Below, piece after piece: positions 17,915 through 28,233 of a stretch of 64,000 nucleotides of DNA. Under the pieces are notes generated by a model. The model saw nothing but the letters and a program-made list of their open reading frames with translations. It did no database searches and was not told the DNA's origin. Numbering within the stretch: position 1 is the first letter of the stretch; each line of letters opens with the position of its first letter. Source of the DNA: Escherichia phage nepoznato. The position numbers were made by a program, and so were the translations under genes. The stretch lies in sequence record NC_052658.1; one strand, 5' to 3'.

Positions 17915-18090
17915 GTGTTGACTTTTTTCAAAAAATATGCTACCCTAACCCCGAAGGGTCGAGCGATAGCGAGTATAGATTATGTAATAGATTAATCTCT
18001 ATCGTTAGATGTTCGAAGAACAGAGATTTAAGTACTTGTTCTTATCGGTAGATGATCGTAAGATCAAGAACAATAATAGGAGAGTGTGTT

Positions 18091-18288
18091 ATGTTAGTCA
18101 GTGAAATACTACCTGACTCTAATGGTAATCAGATCACTATTGATTGGTTTCCTGGTACTGGTACACTAGATCTAACTGCTGAATGGTCTGGTGATATTTA
18201 TGGAGAAGGTGTATTATCATTGTCTACAGAACAAATGATCATCCTTCGTGACTTCTTAATTAGTTTAGATCTAGGAGAAAACAAATGA
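18091..18288 (+). CDS. Hypothetical protein (about 65 aa); start moved to MLVSE
   Basis: RBS AGGAGAG. Confidence 0.5.
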   Translation: MLVSEILPDSNGNQITIDWFPGTGTLDLTAEWSGDIYGEGVLSLSTEQMIILRDFLISLDLGENK

Positions 18289-18554
18289 GTAAGACTTCTA
18301 TCGAGTTTATCGAGAAATCCCCTGTTCCAAAATTATATCGTTTAGATGAAATTGAACCTATGTCTGTTTTCTACTACTACGATTCAGAAGTAAGTGAACA
18401 AGAACGGGACTACTACTTAGCTACAGATACAGGTGCAGTGTGCTTAACAGGTTCTCGTGCAGGAGAATACATTGTGACTAGTCGTTTTAATGAAGCAGAC
18501 TACTGTTGGGCTAAGGTTGAAACTAAGATTGTCATCAACATCACCAATCATTAA
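18285..18554 (+). CDS. Hypothetical protein (89 aa)
   Basis: ORF. Confidence 0.55.
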   Translation: MSKTSIEFIEKSPVPKLYRLDEIEPMSVFYYYDSEVSEQERDYYLATDTGAVCLTGSRAGEYIVTSRFNEADYCWAKVETKIVINITNH

Positions 18555-18636
18555 GACTAATCTGATAAAGAGCTACTTGACATGTGCAAAGCTCTTTGTG
18601 TAGAATAAAGATTCACTTACTAAGGAGATTTTATAA

Positions 18637-18834
18637 ATGGCTACAAAGAAACAGAAAATGAAATGTCTTACTCTCACTGAACTGGGTCAAGCTTCCAACT
18701 GCGTTACTGTTGGTAAGATTTATTCTACAGTTCTTGATAAAGACAACAACAGTTTTACTTTCAAAGATGATAACGGAAACCCTCAAGTTGGAATCTACCC
18801 TTCCTGTGCTTTTGGTACTTGGGAAAAAGTGTAA
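18637..18834 (+). CDS. Hypothetical protein (65 aa)
   Basis: RBS AAGGAG. Confidence 0.55.
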   Translation: MATKKQKMKCLTLTELGQASNCVTVGKIYSTVLDKDNNSFTFKDDNGNPQVGIYPSCAFGTWEKV

Positions 18835-18877
18835 CTAATTAGAGGGTATACTTGTAAATAAGATTAAGGAGGCATTT

Positions 18878-19051
18878 ATGGGAGATAAACAAAGTAACAT
18901 CCGTTACGCTCTTTATGGAAGAATGGGTGCAGATTGTGAATGGATGCTTCTGTCGCAACGTATACCCTCTTACAAAGAGGCTCTTGCGAAAAGAGAACAC
19001 TACAAGCAAACTTGGCGTTTGGTCATCTGTAAGGCTTATGAGGAGGCATAA
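18878..19051 (+). CDS. Hypothetical small protein, about 57 aa, not in the ORF track
   Basis: RBS TAAGGAGG before ATG. Confidence 0.5.
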   Translation: MGDKQSNIRYALYGRMGADCEWMLLSQRIPSYKEALAKREHYKQTWRLVICKAYEEA

Positions 19052-19359
19052 TGAGCACATTAACGAAAGCAGTGGAAGTTCACCAGGCATACGAAGAAGC
19101 TGTTAAGGATCATCCAAACCCTTCTTCACTGGTATTTGAAGACTTAAGCCAATACAAGTGGTGTGAAACTCATGATGAAGTCTACTTTTGGAATCCTCCT
19201 AGTTGCGAAGGTAATGTTCATCTGTATAGCTACGAATTGGAATACCGACATGCTGTAGATGAAGATGATAACTACATCATGTTCTACATCAACGATGGGT
19301 GTGGTAGCCAGTGGCACGTTGTCTTCGACAAAAACAAAAAGTCTGACGAGGAGATGTAA
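19051..19359 (+). CDS. Hypothetical protein (102 aa)
   Basis: RBS GAGGAGG. Confidence 0.6.
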   Translation: MSTLTKAVEVHQAYEEAVKDHPNPSSLVFEDLSQYKWCETHDEVYFWNPPSCEGNVHLYSYELEYRHAVDEDDNYIMFYINDGCGSQWHVVFDKNKKSDEEM

Positions 19360-19718
19360 TGAAAAAGTTGCTATTTGTCCTAATGTTGGCGGTGTCTGTC
19401 AGTGCTTCTGCTCGTGACGGCTTCAAGGTTGGGGCAGATCGCACTAAATTCTTCACATGGTTCGGAGGTGAAGCACTTTACCAAGATGGTAAAGATAAAA
19501 TAAAATGTAAGTATGTAGAAACATTAAAAGGTGTGGATGATTGGGGTGATGCTTATCAAGCAACAGGCTTCTCTTGTAAGAAACACCTTTACATTGTAGT
19601 AAAAGAGTTTCAAGATATAAATAAACAACTTTTTATTTTAGTAGATCCTAGCAAATTTGATGAACGGACAGCTTATGAAGTTGACATGTTCTTAGAATAC
19701 AAGAAGGAGGAAAAATGA
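19359..19718 (+). CDS. Secreted protein with signal peptide (119 aa)
   Basis: MKKLLFVLMLAVSVSASA. Confidence 0.6.
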   Translation: MKKLLFVLMLAVSVSASARDGFKVGADRTKFFTWFGGEALYQDGKDKIKCKYVETLKGVDDWGDAYQATGFSCKKHLYIVVKEFQDINKQLFILVDPSKFDERTAYEVDMFLEYKKEEK

Positions 19719-20077
19719 GAGAAACGATTGTAGATGTTGTTATTAATGGTCAACGTTATGTGCCTGTTGTAGAGAAAGCTGAACCAGACGCTTTAGATGT
19801 TGTTTTTGAAGACGATGATCTTGGAACTGTTACTGTGCGTGAATATTTCAGACGACTGCTCTCTACACTTTGGGAAGAAGAAGACAGTTTCAGTGGAAAA
19901 CGCCCTTTCGGTAACTCTTGCTGGCAGTTCGATTTGATTATTGGTTTGATCGATGCTGGGTACCTGGAAGGTAAAGTTTATCGTGACGAAGATGGTGGTA
20001 TAGAAGATACCGACTATGATCGTGAAGAAGCAGATAAACTCATCCAGGGTCTGATCGCACGTATGTGTTTAGGTTAA
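19715..20077 (+). CDS. Hypothetical acidic protein (120 aa)
   Basis: ORF; high Asp/Glu content. Confidence 0.55.
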   Translation: MRETIVDVVINGQRYVPVVEKAEPDALDVVFEDDDLGTVTVREYFRRLLSTLWEEEDSFSGKRPFGNSCWQFDLIIGLIDAGYLEGKVYRDEDGGIEDTDYDREEADKLIQGLIARMCLG

Positions 20078-20190
20078 ATAGTGAAGGGTATAGTCATGCA
20101 GGGATTGGTAAGGTTCTAAACAGATCTCGCAACTCTGTATCCCACAGGTTAATGCGAAATAAGGTCAACACAAAATAAGAGGAGAATTTT

Positions 20191-20544
20191 TTGAAAAATA
20201 TTATTGATGTAGATGTGTTTGGTATCACAACACTACAAGACAAACAAGCAACATTGTATTACCATAAAAAAGAGGACCAAGCTTACATCTACATCGGGGC
20301 AGAAAAGTTTGGTGTCGGAGATATGGTTTTAAATGTCGAAGGAGATCTTCCTTTAGAACAAAAGTTGAAAGTTTTTCGTTTCACAGGAGATGTTAAACTA
20401 GACGGCGTTATCGCAATCCTACAAGAAGACCATTATTACATGGTAACTTTCGTTACTCCTGCTTTCTCTGGCCTTAATGGAGAAGAAGCTCTTAACGATG
20501 TTATTATCTTAAAGATTGGTAATGCTCTAAACGATGTAAACTAA
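20191..20544 (+). CDS. Hypothetical protein (117 aa), probable TTG start
   Basis: RBS AAGAGGAGAA. Confidence 0.5.
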   Translation: MKNIIDVDVFGITTLQDKQATLYYHKKEDQAYIYIGAEKFGVGDMVLNVEGDLPLEQKLKVFRFTGDVKLDGVIAILQEDHYYMVTFVTPAFSGLNGEEALNDVIILKIGNALNDVN

Positions 20545-20551
20545 AGGGGGA

Positions 20552-21067
20552 GTGAGTATGTTCTTTGATGCAAATTCTCTTTTTGTATCTACAGCAGGGC
20601 AGTCTGCTGTTAATGCAGAATTTGAGGAAAGAGAAGAATGGATTGATAATCACAACTACGATCCAAGTAATTTAAACTGGTGCAGTTTGGATGTTGGTAA
20701 TCTTAGTCGAGATAATGCACTTAGAGCATACTACTCTGTATATACTGTTGACAATCTTTATCAATACTACGTGTTTCGTAGTCTTATTGTTAATCTTAAT
20801 TTAGCTGGACGTTTAAAGAACAATAAGGCATTCACATTGGGACATTATATTCCCTTCCGTAAAGGTGGTGTGCATTTTCCATGTAATTGGATTATTCAAA
20901 CACGAAAAGAAAACAGTTTAGCAGGAGACACCATGCCAAGATTTAAAGATAAGTGGACATGGGAAAAACAAATGGGATACATTAATGCACATTTGCCACC
21001 TAATCTAAAAGAACCTTACGCCAGCAGAGCTAAGGAAATGATGAGGATTGTCAAGAGTTTTTATTAA
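20552..21067 (+). CDS. Hypothetical protein (171 aa)
   Basis: ORF. Confidence 0.55.
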   Translation: MSMFFDANSLFVSTAGQSAVNAEFEEREEWIDNHNYDPSNLNWCSLDVGNLSRDNALRAYYSVYTVDNLYQYYVFRSLIVNLNLAGRLKNNKAFTLGHYIPFRKGGVHFPCNWIIQTRKENSLAGDTMPRFKDKWTWEKQMGYINAHLPPNLKEPYASRAKEMMRIVKSFY

Positions 21068-21081
21068 GAGAGGAGAAATAC

Positions 21082-22674
21082 GTGTCTACACAATTGAGTT
21101 TTACACCTACCGACGAACAATACGCTATTGAAAGTGGGTATCAAGAAAATCGTTTCGTTACAATTCAAGCTAAATCTGGATCAGGTAAAACGTCAACGCT
21201 GTATATGTTGGCTAATGGCACAAATGATAGTATTCTATACTTAGCATTTAACAAAAGTATGGCAGAGGAAGCTCGACGTAAAATGCCGCCCAATGTTATG
21301 TGCCGAACGCTACATTCTATCTGTTACCAGCGTCTTCCACAAAACCTTCGACACAAATTATCTCGTCCAGAAGGTCAATATGTTAACGTAGCTGGCACTG
21401 GTAGTGAGATTGCCAAGAAATTCAAGATTCAGAACTTGATCGATAAGAATGGTAAAGTGCTACTGACTCGTGCAATGATCGGGTTAATGGTAAAACAAAC
21501 TTTAGCTAAATATGAGTTTTCTGACGATGAACATATCGGACATAAACATTTTCCTAAAGTGCACATGTCAGACTTAAAACGTAAAAACATCAACGAACAA
21601 AAACTTATTAACGAAGTTGTTAAATATGCGAAGCAACTTTGGCGTGAGCGTATTGATCCTAAATCAGAAACCATTATGACTCATGACACCTACGTGAAAC
21701 TCTTTGAATTGAGCAAAGAAGACTTAGGATACGATATTATTTTTGGAGATGAATTCCAGGATGTTAACCCTGCATTCCTGTCTATCCTTCGCAATGCTAA
21801 ATCGGCTAAACGTATTGTTGTTGTGGGTGATGAATTTCAGAGTATTTATCAGTTCCGTGGAAGCCAGAACATGATGAAGCAAACGGCTACATATGGGGTT
21901 GAGTTGCCTCTGACAGCTTGTTTTCGCTTTGGTCCTAAAGTTGCGGACATTGCTAATGCGATCCTTTCTGATCGCTCACCTCTGAAGCATCCGCTGGTAG
22001 GCAAAGGTTATGATACTGTCACTGGAAGTTTTCATTCCGATGTGGTAGATTATAGTAAACCTTACACCATTATTTTCCGTAAGAATTTGACCCTGTTGCT
22101 CGAAGCTATGGACCGAATCGCTAACGGAGAAGAGATTATTATTAACGTAGATACCAAAGATTTCATTTCTATGGTCGATAGTGTTAATGCTTTACGTAGA
22201 GGTGATTTGGACAAAGTTAAGCATGAGACAGTTCTACCTTACACTTCTTGGGAAGAATTTGTAGAGTGTGCAGAATCAGATCCTGATGCAAAACGACTTT
22301 TAAACATTGTTGTTTCTGGTAAAGCTAATAATATTGCATACACTTTACGTATGCACCGTAACTCTCCAACGGCTAAAGTTACTTTAACTACAGCCCACAA
22401 ATCAAAAGGTTTGGAATGGGATCAGGTTATTGTTGCAAATGACTTCCCTTCTAATTATGATAAGAAGGGTGAGTGGGTAGGTCTTGAAGAATCAGAACGA
22501 AATCTTCTGTATGTTGCACATACACGTTGTATTAAATGTCTGCAATGGAACCGGACTGTTCAAGAGATTTTAGACATGCATCGTTTAGGTAAGAGCACGG
22601 CTCCTGTATCTGAAGAAGATAAGCTTATAGCTGCCCTTGCTCGTAAGATTAATCAAATCAGAGAGGATCGTTAA
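21082..22674 (+). CDS. Superfamily 1 DNA helicase (UvrD/Rep-like)
   Basis: Walker A AKSGSGKT; Walker B GDEFQD. Confidence 0.7.
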   Translation: MSTQLSFTPTDEQYAIESGYQENRFVTIQAKSGSGKTSTLYMLANGTNDSILYLAFNKSMAEEARRKMPPNVMCRTLHSICYQRLPQNLRHKLSRPEGQYVNVAGTGSEIAKKFKIQNLIDKNGKVLLTRAMIGLMVKQTLAKYEFSDDEHIGHKHFPKVHMSDLKRKNINEQKLINEVVKYAKQLWRERIDPKSETIMTHDTYVKLFELSKEDLGYDIIFGDEFQDVNPAFLSILRNAKSAKRIVVVGDEFQSIYQFRGSQNMMKQTATYGVELPLTACFRFGPKVADIANAILSDRSPLKHPLVGKGYDTVTGSFHSDVVDYSKPYTIIFRKNLTLLLEAMDRIANGEEIIINVDTKDFISMVDSVNALRRGDLDKVKHETVLPYTSWEEFVECAESDPDAKRLLNIVVSGKANNIAYTLRMHRNSPTAKVTLTTAHKSKGLEWDQVIVANDFPSNYDKKGEWVGLEESERNLLYVAHTRCIKCLQWNRTVQEILDMHRLGKSTAPVSEEDKLIAALARKINQIREDR

Positions 22675-22926
22675 ATGGCAGGGTATCACATAACAAATAT
22701 TAAGAAGCAACCTTATGGCAGCATAGAAAAGATTAAAGAGGAAGTAGAAGAACTTTTTGATGCTGTTGAACAGGATTGCAAAATAATGCAACTTGTTGAA
22801 TTATCAGATATTATAGGTGCTGTCGAGGGAGTTTTAGAACAACAGTTCCCAGATATGACTTTACAAGATTTGATCATTATGTCAAACATTACTAAACGCG
22901 CTTTCCGCACAGGAGGAAGATCATGA
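22675..22926 (+). CDS. Hypothetical protein (83 aa)
   Basis: ORF. Confidence 0.55.
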   Translation: MAGYHITNIKKQPYGSIEKIKEEVEELFDAVEQDCKIMQLVELSDIIGAVEGVLEQQFPDMTLQDLIIMSNITKRAFRTGGRS

Positions 22927-23480
22927 ACGTAGCTGTTATTGCTCAAGCTATTGATTACTATGGACGGTTTGCGGAGATGTTGGAAGTCCCTTATCTTGTA
23001 GATGCAGATATCCTTGCATATACATTACCAGAAGGTAAAGAGGATCGCCCCTTGGGGCATCCTAATGGGAAGTTTTATGTTGCCAGTGCCGAGCAATCAT
23101 TCTTGCAAATGGAAAAGGATGGCTACGAGTTTATCGCTGGTCATCCCTACATGGCCCTGACACCATGTTACCGCACAGAGGAAGTGTTGGATGATTCTCA
23201 CTTCAACATCTTCTTGAAGCTGGAGTTGATTGAGTTCTATCCCAGCTTTGGTGAAGTGAAAGAGTATGCCGAAGAAATGCGATACTTCTTCTGGACCTAC
23301 TACAAAGTCCAAACAAGAATTGTAGAAACAGAAATAGGGCTTGACGTGGAAGACATGAATGGTTTAGAATTAGGGTCATTCGGAACAAGATTGTCCCCAC
23401 AAGATCATCCATATATTTATGCAACAGCCATAGCCGAACCTCGTGCATCTATGGCAATTAACAGGAGGAATCATGATTAA
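22923..23480 (+). CDS. Hypothetical protein (185 aa)
   Basis: ORF. Confidence 0.55.
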   Translation: MNVAVIAQAIDYYGRFAEMLEVPYLVDADILAYTLPEGKEDRPLGHPNGKFYVASAEQSFLQMEKDGYEFIAGHPYMALTPCYRTEEVLDDSHFNIFLKLELIEFYPSFGEVKEYAEEMRYFFWTYYKVQTRIVETEIGLDVEDMNGLELGSFGTRLSPQDHPYIYATAIAEPRASMAINRRNHD

Positions 23481-24858
23481 TAAATTTGCCCGTAAACAGG
23501 AAGTTGCTGAAGCAGCACGTCGCGCTGGTGTGTATGACAAATTGTGTGAAGGTATTGTGAAGGTGTATGGCTGGGAGGGAGAAGATGATCCAACCTGTTC
23601 AGGTGATTTTGCAATGAACGATATGACCTTCCCATATATTTCCTACAATGTCTCCACTGGTGAAATAAACGGTGTAACCAGCACCAGTGTTGATCGTTAT
23701 CCAGACGCAGAACAAACCACAGGAGGTTACATGTTAGATTTGATTCTTAAGAAATCAGGGTTATTGGGAATCGAAGACGTTTTCGTAGATGCAGATAGTT
23801 TATCATTAGGAGATGTTGTTAAACTACTGGTAGACTTTAGGTTTGCAACAGGTAAAAGCTTCTGGAAGCCAGAAGATGCTGAACGTTTGAAGACAATCGA
23901 TCCAAGTATGTATGAACTGCCACAATATAAAGATAAACAATTCCGCAAGGTTATCTTCTTTGATCGTCAAGCAGGCTTAGATGCAATGCATATTGAAGTT
24001 GGGGATTTACCACGCCCACACTCTGCTGCTACTGGTGATCGCGGCCTTGTAGAAGTCACGGCTCAAGAATTTAAAAATATGTTTGCTGCGAAATACGATG
24101 AAGCTGCGCCTGTGCCAAGTATTGAGGAGCAAGAGGAAGAACAGTTTGTAGCGGAAGATACTGCATTTGAATATCTGCCGAACACAGGTGTTATGCCTTC
24201 GGAAGATTTCGTGCAGGTTCGCTTCAACAATGGTCAAACAGATGTTGCTAAGGGAACAGTGTTCACTTGGAATATCGACAATCTGGAAGAGTGGGCGATT
24301 AAAGAATACTTCATTCTCCCGCGCACGGCAAAATACAACTATAATAATGGTGGACACCGCCCTTGTGGTGGTCACGTAGAAGTTCTCTTTCGTGACGGAA
24401 CTACGGATAGTGGATCGGCTACGCATTTCACTTGGGGTCATGTTGGATATGATCGGGATATTGTTGGTTGGCTTCCAACTAACAACCCTAAACCACGTTA
24501 CCGTAAGCCTCGTAAGAAGCCTCCGGTAGGTAAGAAGAGTGTCGTTCGTGTCCTCTACACTACGCAACAGACCTACACATTTAAAAATGTGGTAGACGTG
24601 CAAGTAACCGAGGAGCGAGTTTATATCCAATATGATCGTGAAGTTACAGAGGGTATCAAAGAATCGGTTACTACCGAAATTGAAAATAAGCTTGTTATGG
24701 CAATCATTGTGGAAGAAAGTAAAGTAGAGAACGGTAAAGCCTATACTGTTCGTGATAGCTTCTTGCGTAATATCGATGGAACCTGGGATTACAATGGACA
24801 CGATGGGACCGCTGTGAAGAACGGTAAGATCATGGGAAGACAATTCCTCTCCAAATGA
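23473..24858 (+). CDS. Hypothetical protein (about 461 aa); start moved to MINKF
   Basis: RBS AGGAGG before ATG at 23473. Confidence 0.55.
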   Translation: MINKFARKQEVAEAARRAGVYDKLCEGIVKVYGWEGEDDPTCSGDFAMNDMTFPYISYNVSTGEINGVTSTSVDRYPDAEQTTGGYMLDLILKKSGLLGIEDVFVDADSLSLGDVVKLLVDFRFATGKSFWKPEDAERLKTIDPSMYELPQYKDKQFRKVIFFDRQAGLDAMHIEVGDLPRPHSAATGDRGLVEVTAQEFKNMFAAKYDEAAPVPSIEEQEEEQFVAEDTAFEYLPNTGVMPSEDFVQVRFNNGQTDVAKGTVFTWNIDNLEEWAIKEYFILPRTAKYNYNNGGHRPCGGHVEVLFRDGTTDSGSATHFTWGHVGYDRDIVGWLPTNNPKPRYRKPRKKPPVGKKSVVRVLYTTQQTYTFKNVVDVQVTEERVYIQYDREVTEGIKESVTTEIENKLVMAIIVEESKVENGKAYTVRDSFLRNIDGTWDYNGHDGTAVKNGKIMGRQFLSK

Positions 24859-24866
24859 TAAAACTT

Positions 24867-24893
24867 AAAGGCGCACTTTGCGCCTTTTTTGAT
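24867..24893 (+). terminator. Rho-independent terminator AAAGGCGCA-CTTT-GCGCCTTTTTT
   Basis: Direct reading. Confidence 0.7.
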
Positions 24894-24961
24894 TTCCCTC
24901 AAAGCTTTTTTCGGTTGAAAGAGGTAGAATAATAGTTCTACTCACAAAATAAGGATTAATA

Positions 24962-25843
24962 ATGAAAGATTTGTACCAAGATGTTTTTTCTTTTTTAGAT
25001 CGCACTTCAGAAACATACACTAGAGAGAATGCAAACAAACCTTCCCACCTTGTTAACACGCACAGGGATCTCTTGGCGGGGATTTTAAGCAAACATATGG
25101 CAATGACACAGATACTGCCAAAAAACTTGTCAGAATGGCATACAGAAGGTTTTGGACATATTCACGACTTGGATTATCTGCTCTCTCCTCTTACAAACTG
25201 TTGTCTTGTTAATTATCAAGATATGTTAGAGAATGGTTTTAAGATCGGTGCTGCACAGATAGAAAAACCAAAATCTATTGGAGTAGCTACTACAGTGCTA
25301 ACTCAAATCATCCAAGCTGTTGCCTCCAGTCAGTATGGAGGTCAGACGTGTGCGCACATTGATAAAGGTCTTAGTCCTTATGTTGAAGCCAGTTTCCTTA
25401 AAAACATGGAGATAACCAAACGTCGCTACGGTTGTTATGCAAGGAAAGAAGCCCTAGAAATGACCGAACAAGATGTATATGACGCTATGCAAACTCTTTT
25501 GTATCAGGTTAACACTTTAATGAGTGTTAATGGACAATCTCCTTTTATTACAATCAGTATGGGTCTGGATACCTCTGTTTTTGGCAGAATGATCACAGCT
25601 AACTATCTTAAAGTGCATAGTAACGGTCTAGGTAAAGATCATGTAACGCCTGTATTCCCTAAAGTTATTTTCTTTTTACAAGAAGGTGTTAACATGAAAC
25701 CTAGTGATCCTAACTACGACCTTAAGCAACAAGCTTTGGCATGTTGTGCTGATCGTATTTATCCAGATTTTATTTCTGTTCCTTTGAACAAAGAAGTTAC
25801 GGGATCAGCAGATGGTACCGTTACGAGTATGGGTAAACTATAA
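24962..25843 (+). CDS. nrdD: Anaerobic ribonucleoside-triphosphate reductase, N-terminal portion
   Basis: Continuity with 26575-27546, which carries the glycyl-radical C-terminus; combined length about 616 aa. Confidence 0.65.
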   Translation: MKDLYQDVFSFLDRTSETYTRENANKPSHLVNTHRDLLAGILSKHMAMTQILPKNLSEWHTEGFGHIHDLDYLLSPLTNCCLVNYQDMLENGFKIGAAQIEKPKSIGVATTVLTQIIQAVASSQYGGQTCAHIDKGLSPYVEASFLKNMEITKRRYGCYARKEALEMTEQDVYDAMQTLLYQVNTLMSVNGQSPFITISMGLDTSVFGRMITANYLKVHSNGLGKDHVTPVFPKVIFFLQEGVNMKPSDPNYDLKQQALACCADRIYPDFISVPLNKEVTGSADGTVTSMGKL

Positions 25844-26574
25844 CTGCTCATGTAAAATCTGCCTAAACGGGGGAACTCTCAACAGAGACAATCCCGTGCT
25901 AAACGTAACAGAACTCCCAACACAGAAGAAGGGGGTACTGATATGAGAAAACAAATTCGTGATTTTGAAGGGTATGAAATTGACGAGCTTGGAAATGTTT
26001 ATTGTACCAGGTATAAGGATGAAAGAATCCTTCGCTCGTGGGAAGAAATAAACACAGGATACCAACTTGTCAGAATACGTAAAAACAAGAAAACTGTTTG
26101 CTTTCGGGTGCACAGACTTGTAGCTGAAGCGTTTTTACCCAATCCAGACAATTTACCTTATGTGAAGCATAAAGGTGACAATAGGAAAGACAACAGTGTA
26201 TACAATCTTGAGTGGGGATCTTGTCCAGACAACACGCAAGAGGGTTACGATAATAACTGTTATGCTTTCTACACAAGGTGTCACAGTGTAAAAGCTACTC
26301 ATAAGGCTACTGGTGAAGTTTTTTACTTTAAAAGTCTGAGATGTTGTGCTGACGCTTTAGGGTTGGACAGAAAAAGAATATCTGCAATCTTAAAACAAGG
26401 AGCACCAAATAATTATGATTATGAGTTCTGTTACGAAATGCCTAACGACTAGCTGTGATGAATGTAGCAGCGTAGGGTGTAAGCCTATGACACCCCAAAT
26501 GGTAGACATGCTTTAAGCATGAAGATATAGTCTGATCTGCATGGTGACATGCAGCAGCACGTAATGGTGCGGGA
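25844..26574 (+). mobile_element. Intervening element splitting nrdD, carrying a homing endonuclease gene; probable group I intron (splice sites not determined)
   Basis: Endonuclease ORF sits between the two nrdD halves. Confidence 0.5.
25943..26452 (+). CDS. HNH homing endonuclease
   Basis: YEIDELGNVY, VHRLVAEAF, KHKGDNRKDNSVYNLEW, C-terminal DNA-binding module. Confidence 0.8.
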   Translation: MRKQIRDFEGYEIDELGNVYCTRYKDERILRSWEEINTGYQLVRIRKNKKTVCFRVHRLVAEAFLPNPDNLPYVKHKGDNRKDNSVYNLEWGSCPDNTQEGYDNNCYAFYTRCHSVKATHKATGEVFYFKSLRCCADALGLDRKRISAILKQGAPNNYDYEFCYEMPND

Positions 26575-27546
26575 GTGGCCTTGCGAGCCACTTTGAACAT
26601 AATGTGTAGAAGTTTCTTGTCATACTATGCAACAGAGCAAGGAGAAAAATATGATGGACGATTCAACCTTGGAGTAGTTTCTATCAACTTGCCTCTGATT
26701 GCTGCGGAAGCGAGAAGTAAAGGAGAATCTTTCACCGATCTTCTTAATAAACATATGGAGATAGCCTACGATGCTCACATGCTACGTGTAAACCGTATCA
26801 GACATACCAAAGCATCTGAAAACCCTATTCTTTTCATGGAAGGGGCTTTAGCGCGTTTAAATGCCAATGATGAAATTGGTGTTTTGTTTGAAGGTGGTTA
26901 TGCTTCTATTAGTATTGGTTATGTAGGTCTTGCCGAAGCTTTGGAAATCCTTTATCCAGAAGAAAAAGATAAAAAGGAACTTGGTAAAAACATTCTGCAA
27001 CATATGAAAGATGTGTGTGCTGTGTTTAAAGAGCGATCTAAGCTGGCATTTAGTCTCTATGGAACTCCAGCAGAATCTTTGTGCTATAAGTTTGCAACAG
27101 CTTTAAATGAAAAATACCCAGGTTTGGTAGAAAGAGACTATCTTACTAACTCTTTTCATCAACCTGTATGGTTGGTAACAAATCCTTTTGAAAAATGGGA
27201 TTATGAAGCAGGTTTTGCACAGATTAGTAATGGTGGTAACATAAGTTATGTCGAAACACCAAACTTAAAGAATAACTTAGAAGCTTTGGAGACTTTAGTA
27301 GACTACGCTTATGAACATATTCACTATTTTGGTATTAATCAGCCCGTGGATCAATGCTTTAAGTGTGGTTTTCATGGAGAATTTAAGGCAACGGCTAAAG
27401 GGTTTGAGTGTCCTGATTGTGGCAACCATGAAGAAGAAACTATTTCTGTAGTTAGACGTGTATCAGGGTATCTTTCTGCTCCTAATTCACGGCCTTATAA
27501 CAAAGGTAAAATGCAGGAAGTTTTGCAAAGGGAGAAACATCTTTGA
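26575..27546 (+). CDS. nrdD: Anaerobic ribonucleoside-triphosphate reductase, C-terminal portion (true exon start uncertain)
   Basis: CxxC...CxxC zinc site and glycyl-radical motif RVSGYL. Confidence 0.75.
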   Translation: MALRATLNIMCRSFLSYYATEQGEKYDGRFNLGVVSINLPLIAAEARSKGESFTDLLNKHMEIAYDAHMLRVNRIRHTKASENPILFMEGALARLNANDEIGVLFEGGYASISIGYVGLAEALEILYPEEKDKKELGKNILQHMKDVCAVFKERSKLAFSLYGTPAESLCYKFATALNEKYPGLVERDYLTNSFHQPVWLVTNPFEKWDYEAGFAQISNGGNISYVETPNLKNNLEALETLVDYAYEHIHYFGINQPVDQCFKCGFHGEFKATAKGFECPDCGNHEEETISVVRRVSGYLSAPNSRPYNKGKMQEVLQREKHL

Positions 27547-28013
27547 ATTTTGCAGGATATGAACCTGTAGATCTTATTAATGGTGAGGGAGTTAGGTGCT
27601 CCCTCTGGGTTAGTGGTTGTAGCCACGGTTGTCGTGGCTGTTTTAACCAGAAAGCCTGGTCTTATTCTTACGGGGAACCGTTTACTCACGAAAATGTAGA
27701 GCAAGTTTTAAAAGATTTGTCAAGACCGTTTGTAAAAGGTTTAACAATTTTAGGAGGAGAACCATTAGATCCGCAGAATATTTACAATGTTAAAAGCCTT
27801 ATAGAAAAGGTTAGAGACGTTTATGGGTCAAGCAAAGATATAATGGTGTATACAGGATATACTTTTGAGGAAGTGCCTTTATATATTAAAAATCTTGTTG
27901 ACATTATTGTAGACGGAAAGTATGAAATAAACAATCCAACTACAAAACCTTTCAGAGGGTCAGATAATCAAAGATTATGGACCAAAACGGCAAGTGGTTG
28001 GCAATCAGATTAA
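27543..28013 (+). CDS. nrdG: Anaerobic ribonucleotide reductase activating protein (radical SAM)
   Basis: CSHGCRGC motif; directly follows nrdD. Confidence 0.75.
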   Translation: MNFAGYEPVDLINGEGVRCSLWVSGCSHGCRGCFNQKAWSYSYGEPFTHENVEQVLKDLSRPFVKGLTILGGEPLDPQNIYNVKSLIEKVRDVYGSSKDIMVYTGYTFEEVPLYIKNLVDIIVDGKYEINNPTTKPFRGSDNQRLWTKTASGWQSD

Positions 28014-28026
28014 CTTAGGAGGTTTC

Positions 28027-28218
28027 ATGGTTACATATTTTGCTGTAGGAGATAGAGTAGGGACGGCAGGAGAACTGTTGAAGAACAGTGATCGGGACGT
28101 TAAGGAGATTCTTGCAACCCTTGTGGATATTTTACAAAGAAAAGAGTTGCTTTCTGATCGAGATGTTGCTAAATTACTTGATATCGGAGGAGATGAACTT
28201 CAAAGACTTCCATTTTAA
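28027..28218 (+). CDS. Hypothetical protein (about 63 aa)
   Basis: RBS TAGGAGG. Confidence 0.5.
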   Translation: MVTYFAVGDRVGTAGELLKNSDRDVKEILATLVDILQRKELLSDRDVAKLLDIGGDELQRLPF

Positions 28219-28233
28219 GTGAGGAGATAAGTA

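Noticed and set aside
24007-24843. 278-aa ORF on the minus strand
   Set aside because: Lies entirely antisense within the rightward gene 23473-24858, with no RBS or promoter context; shadow ORF
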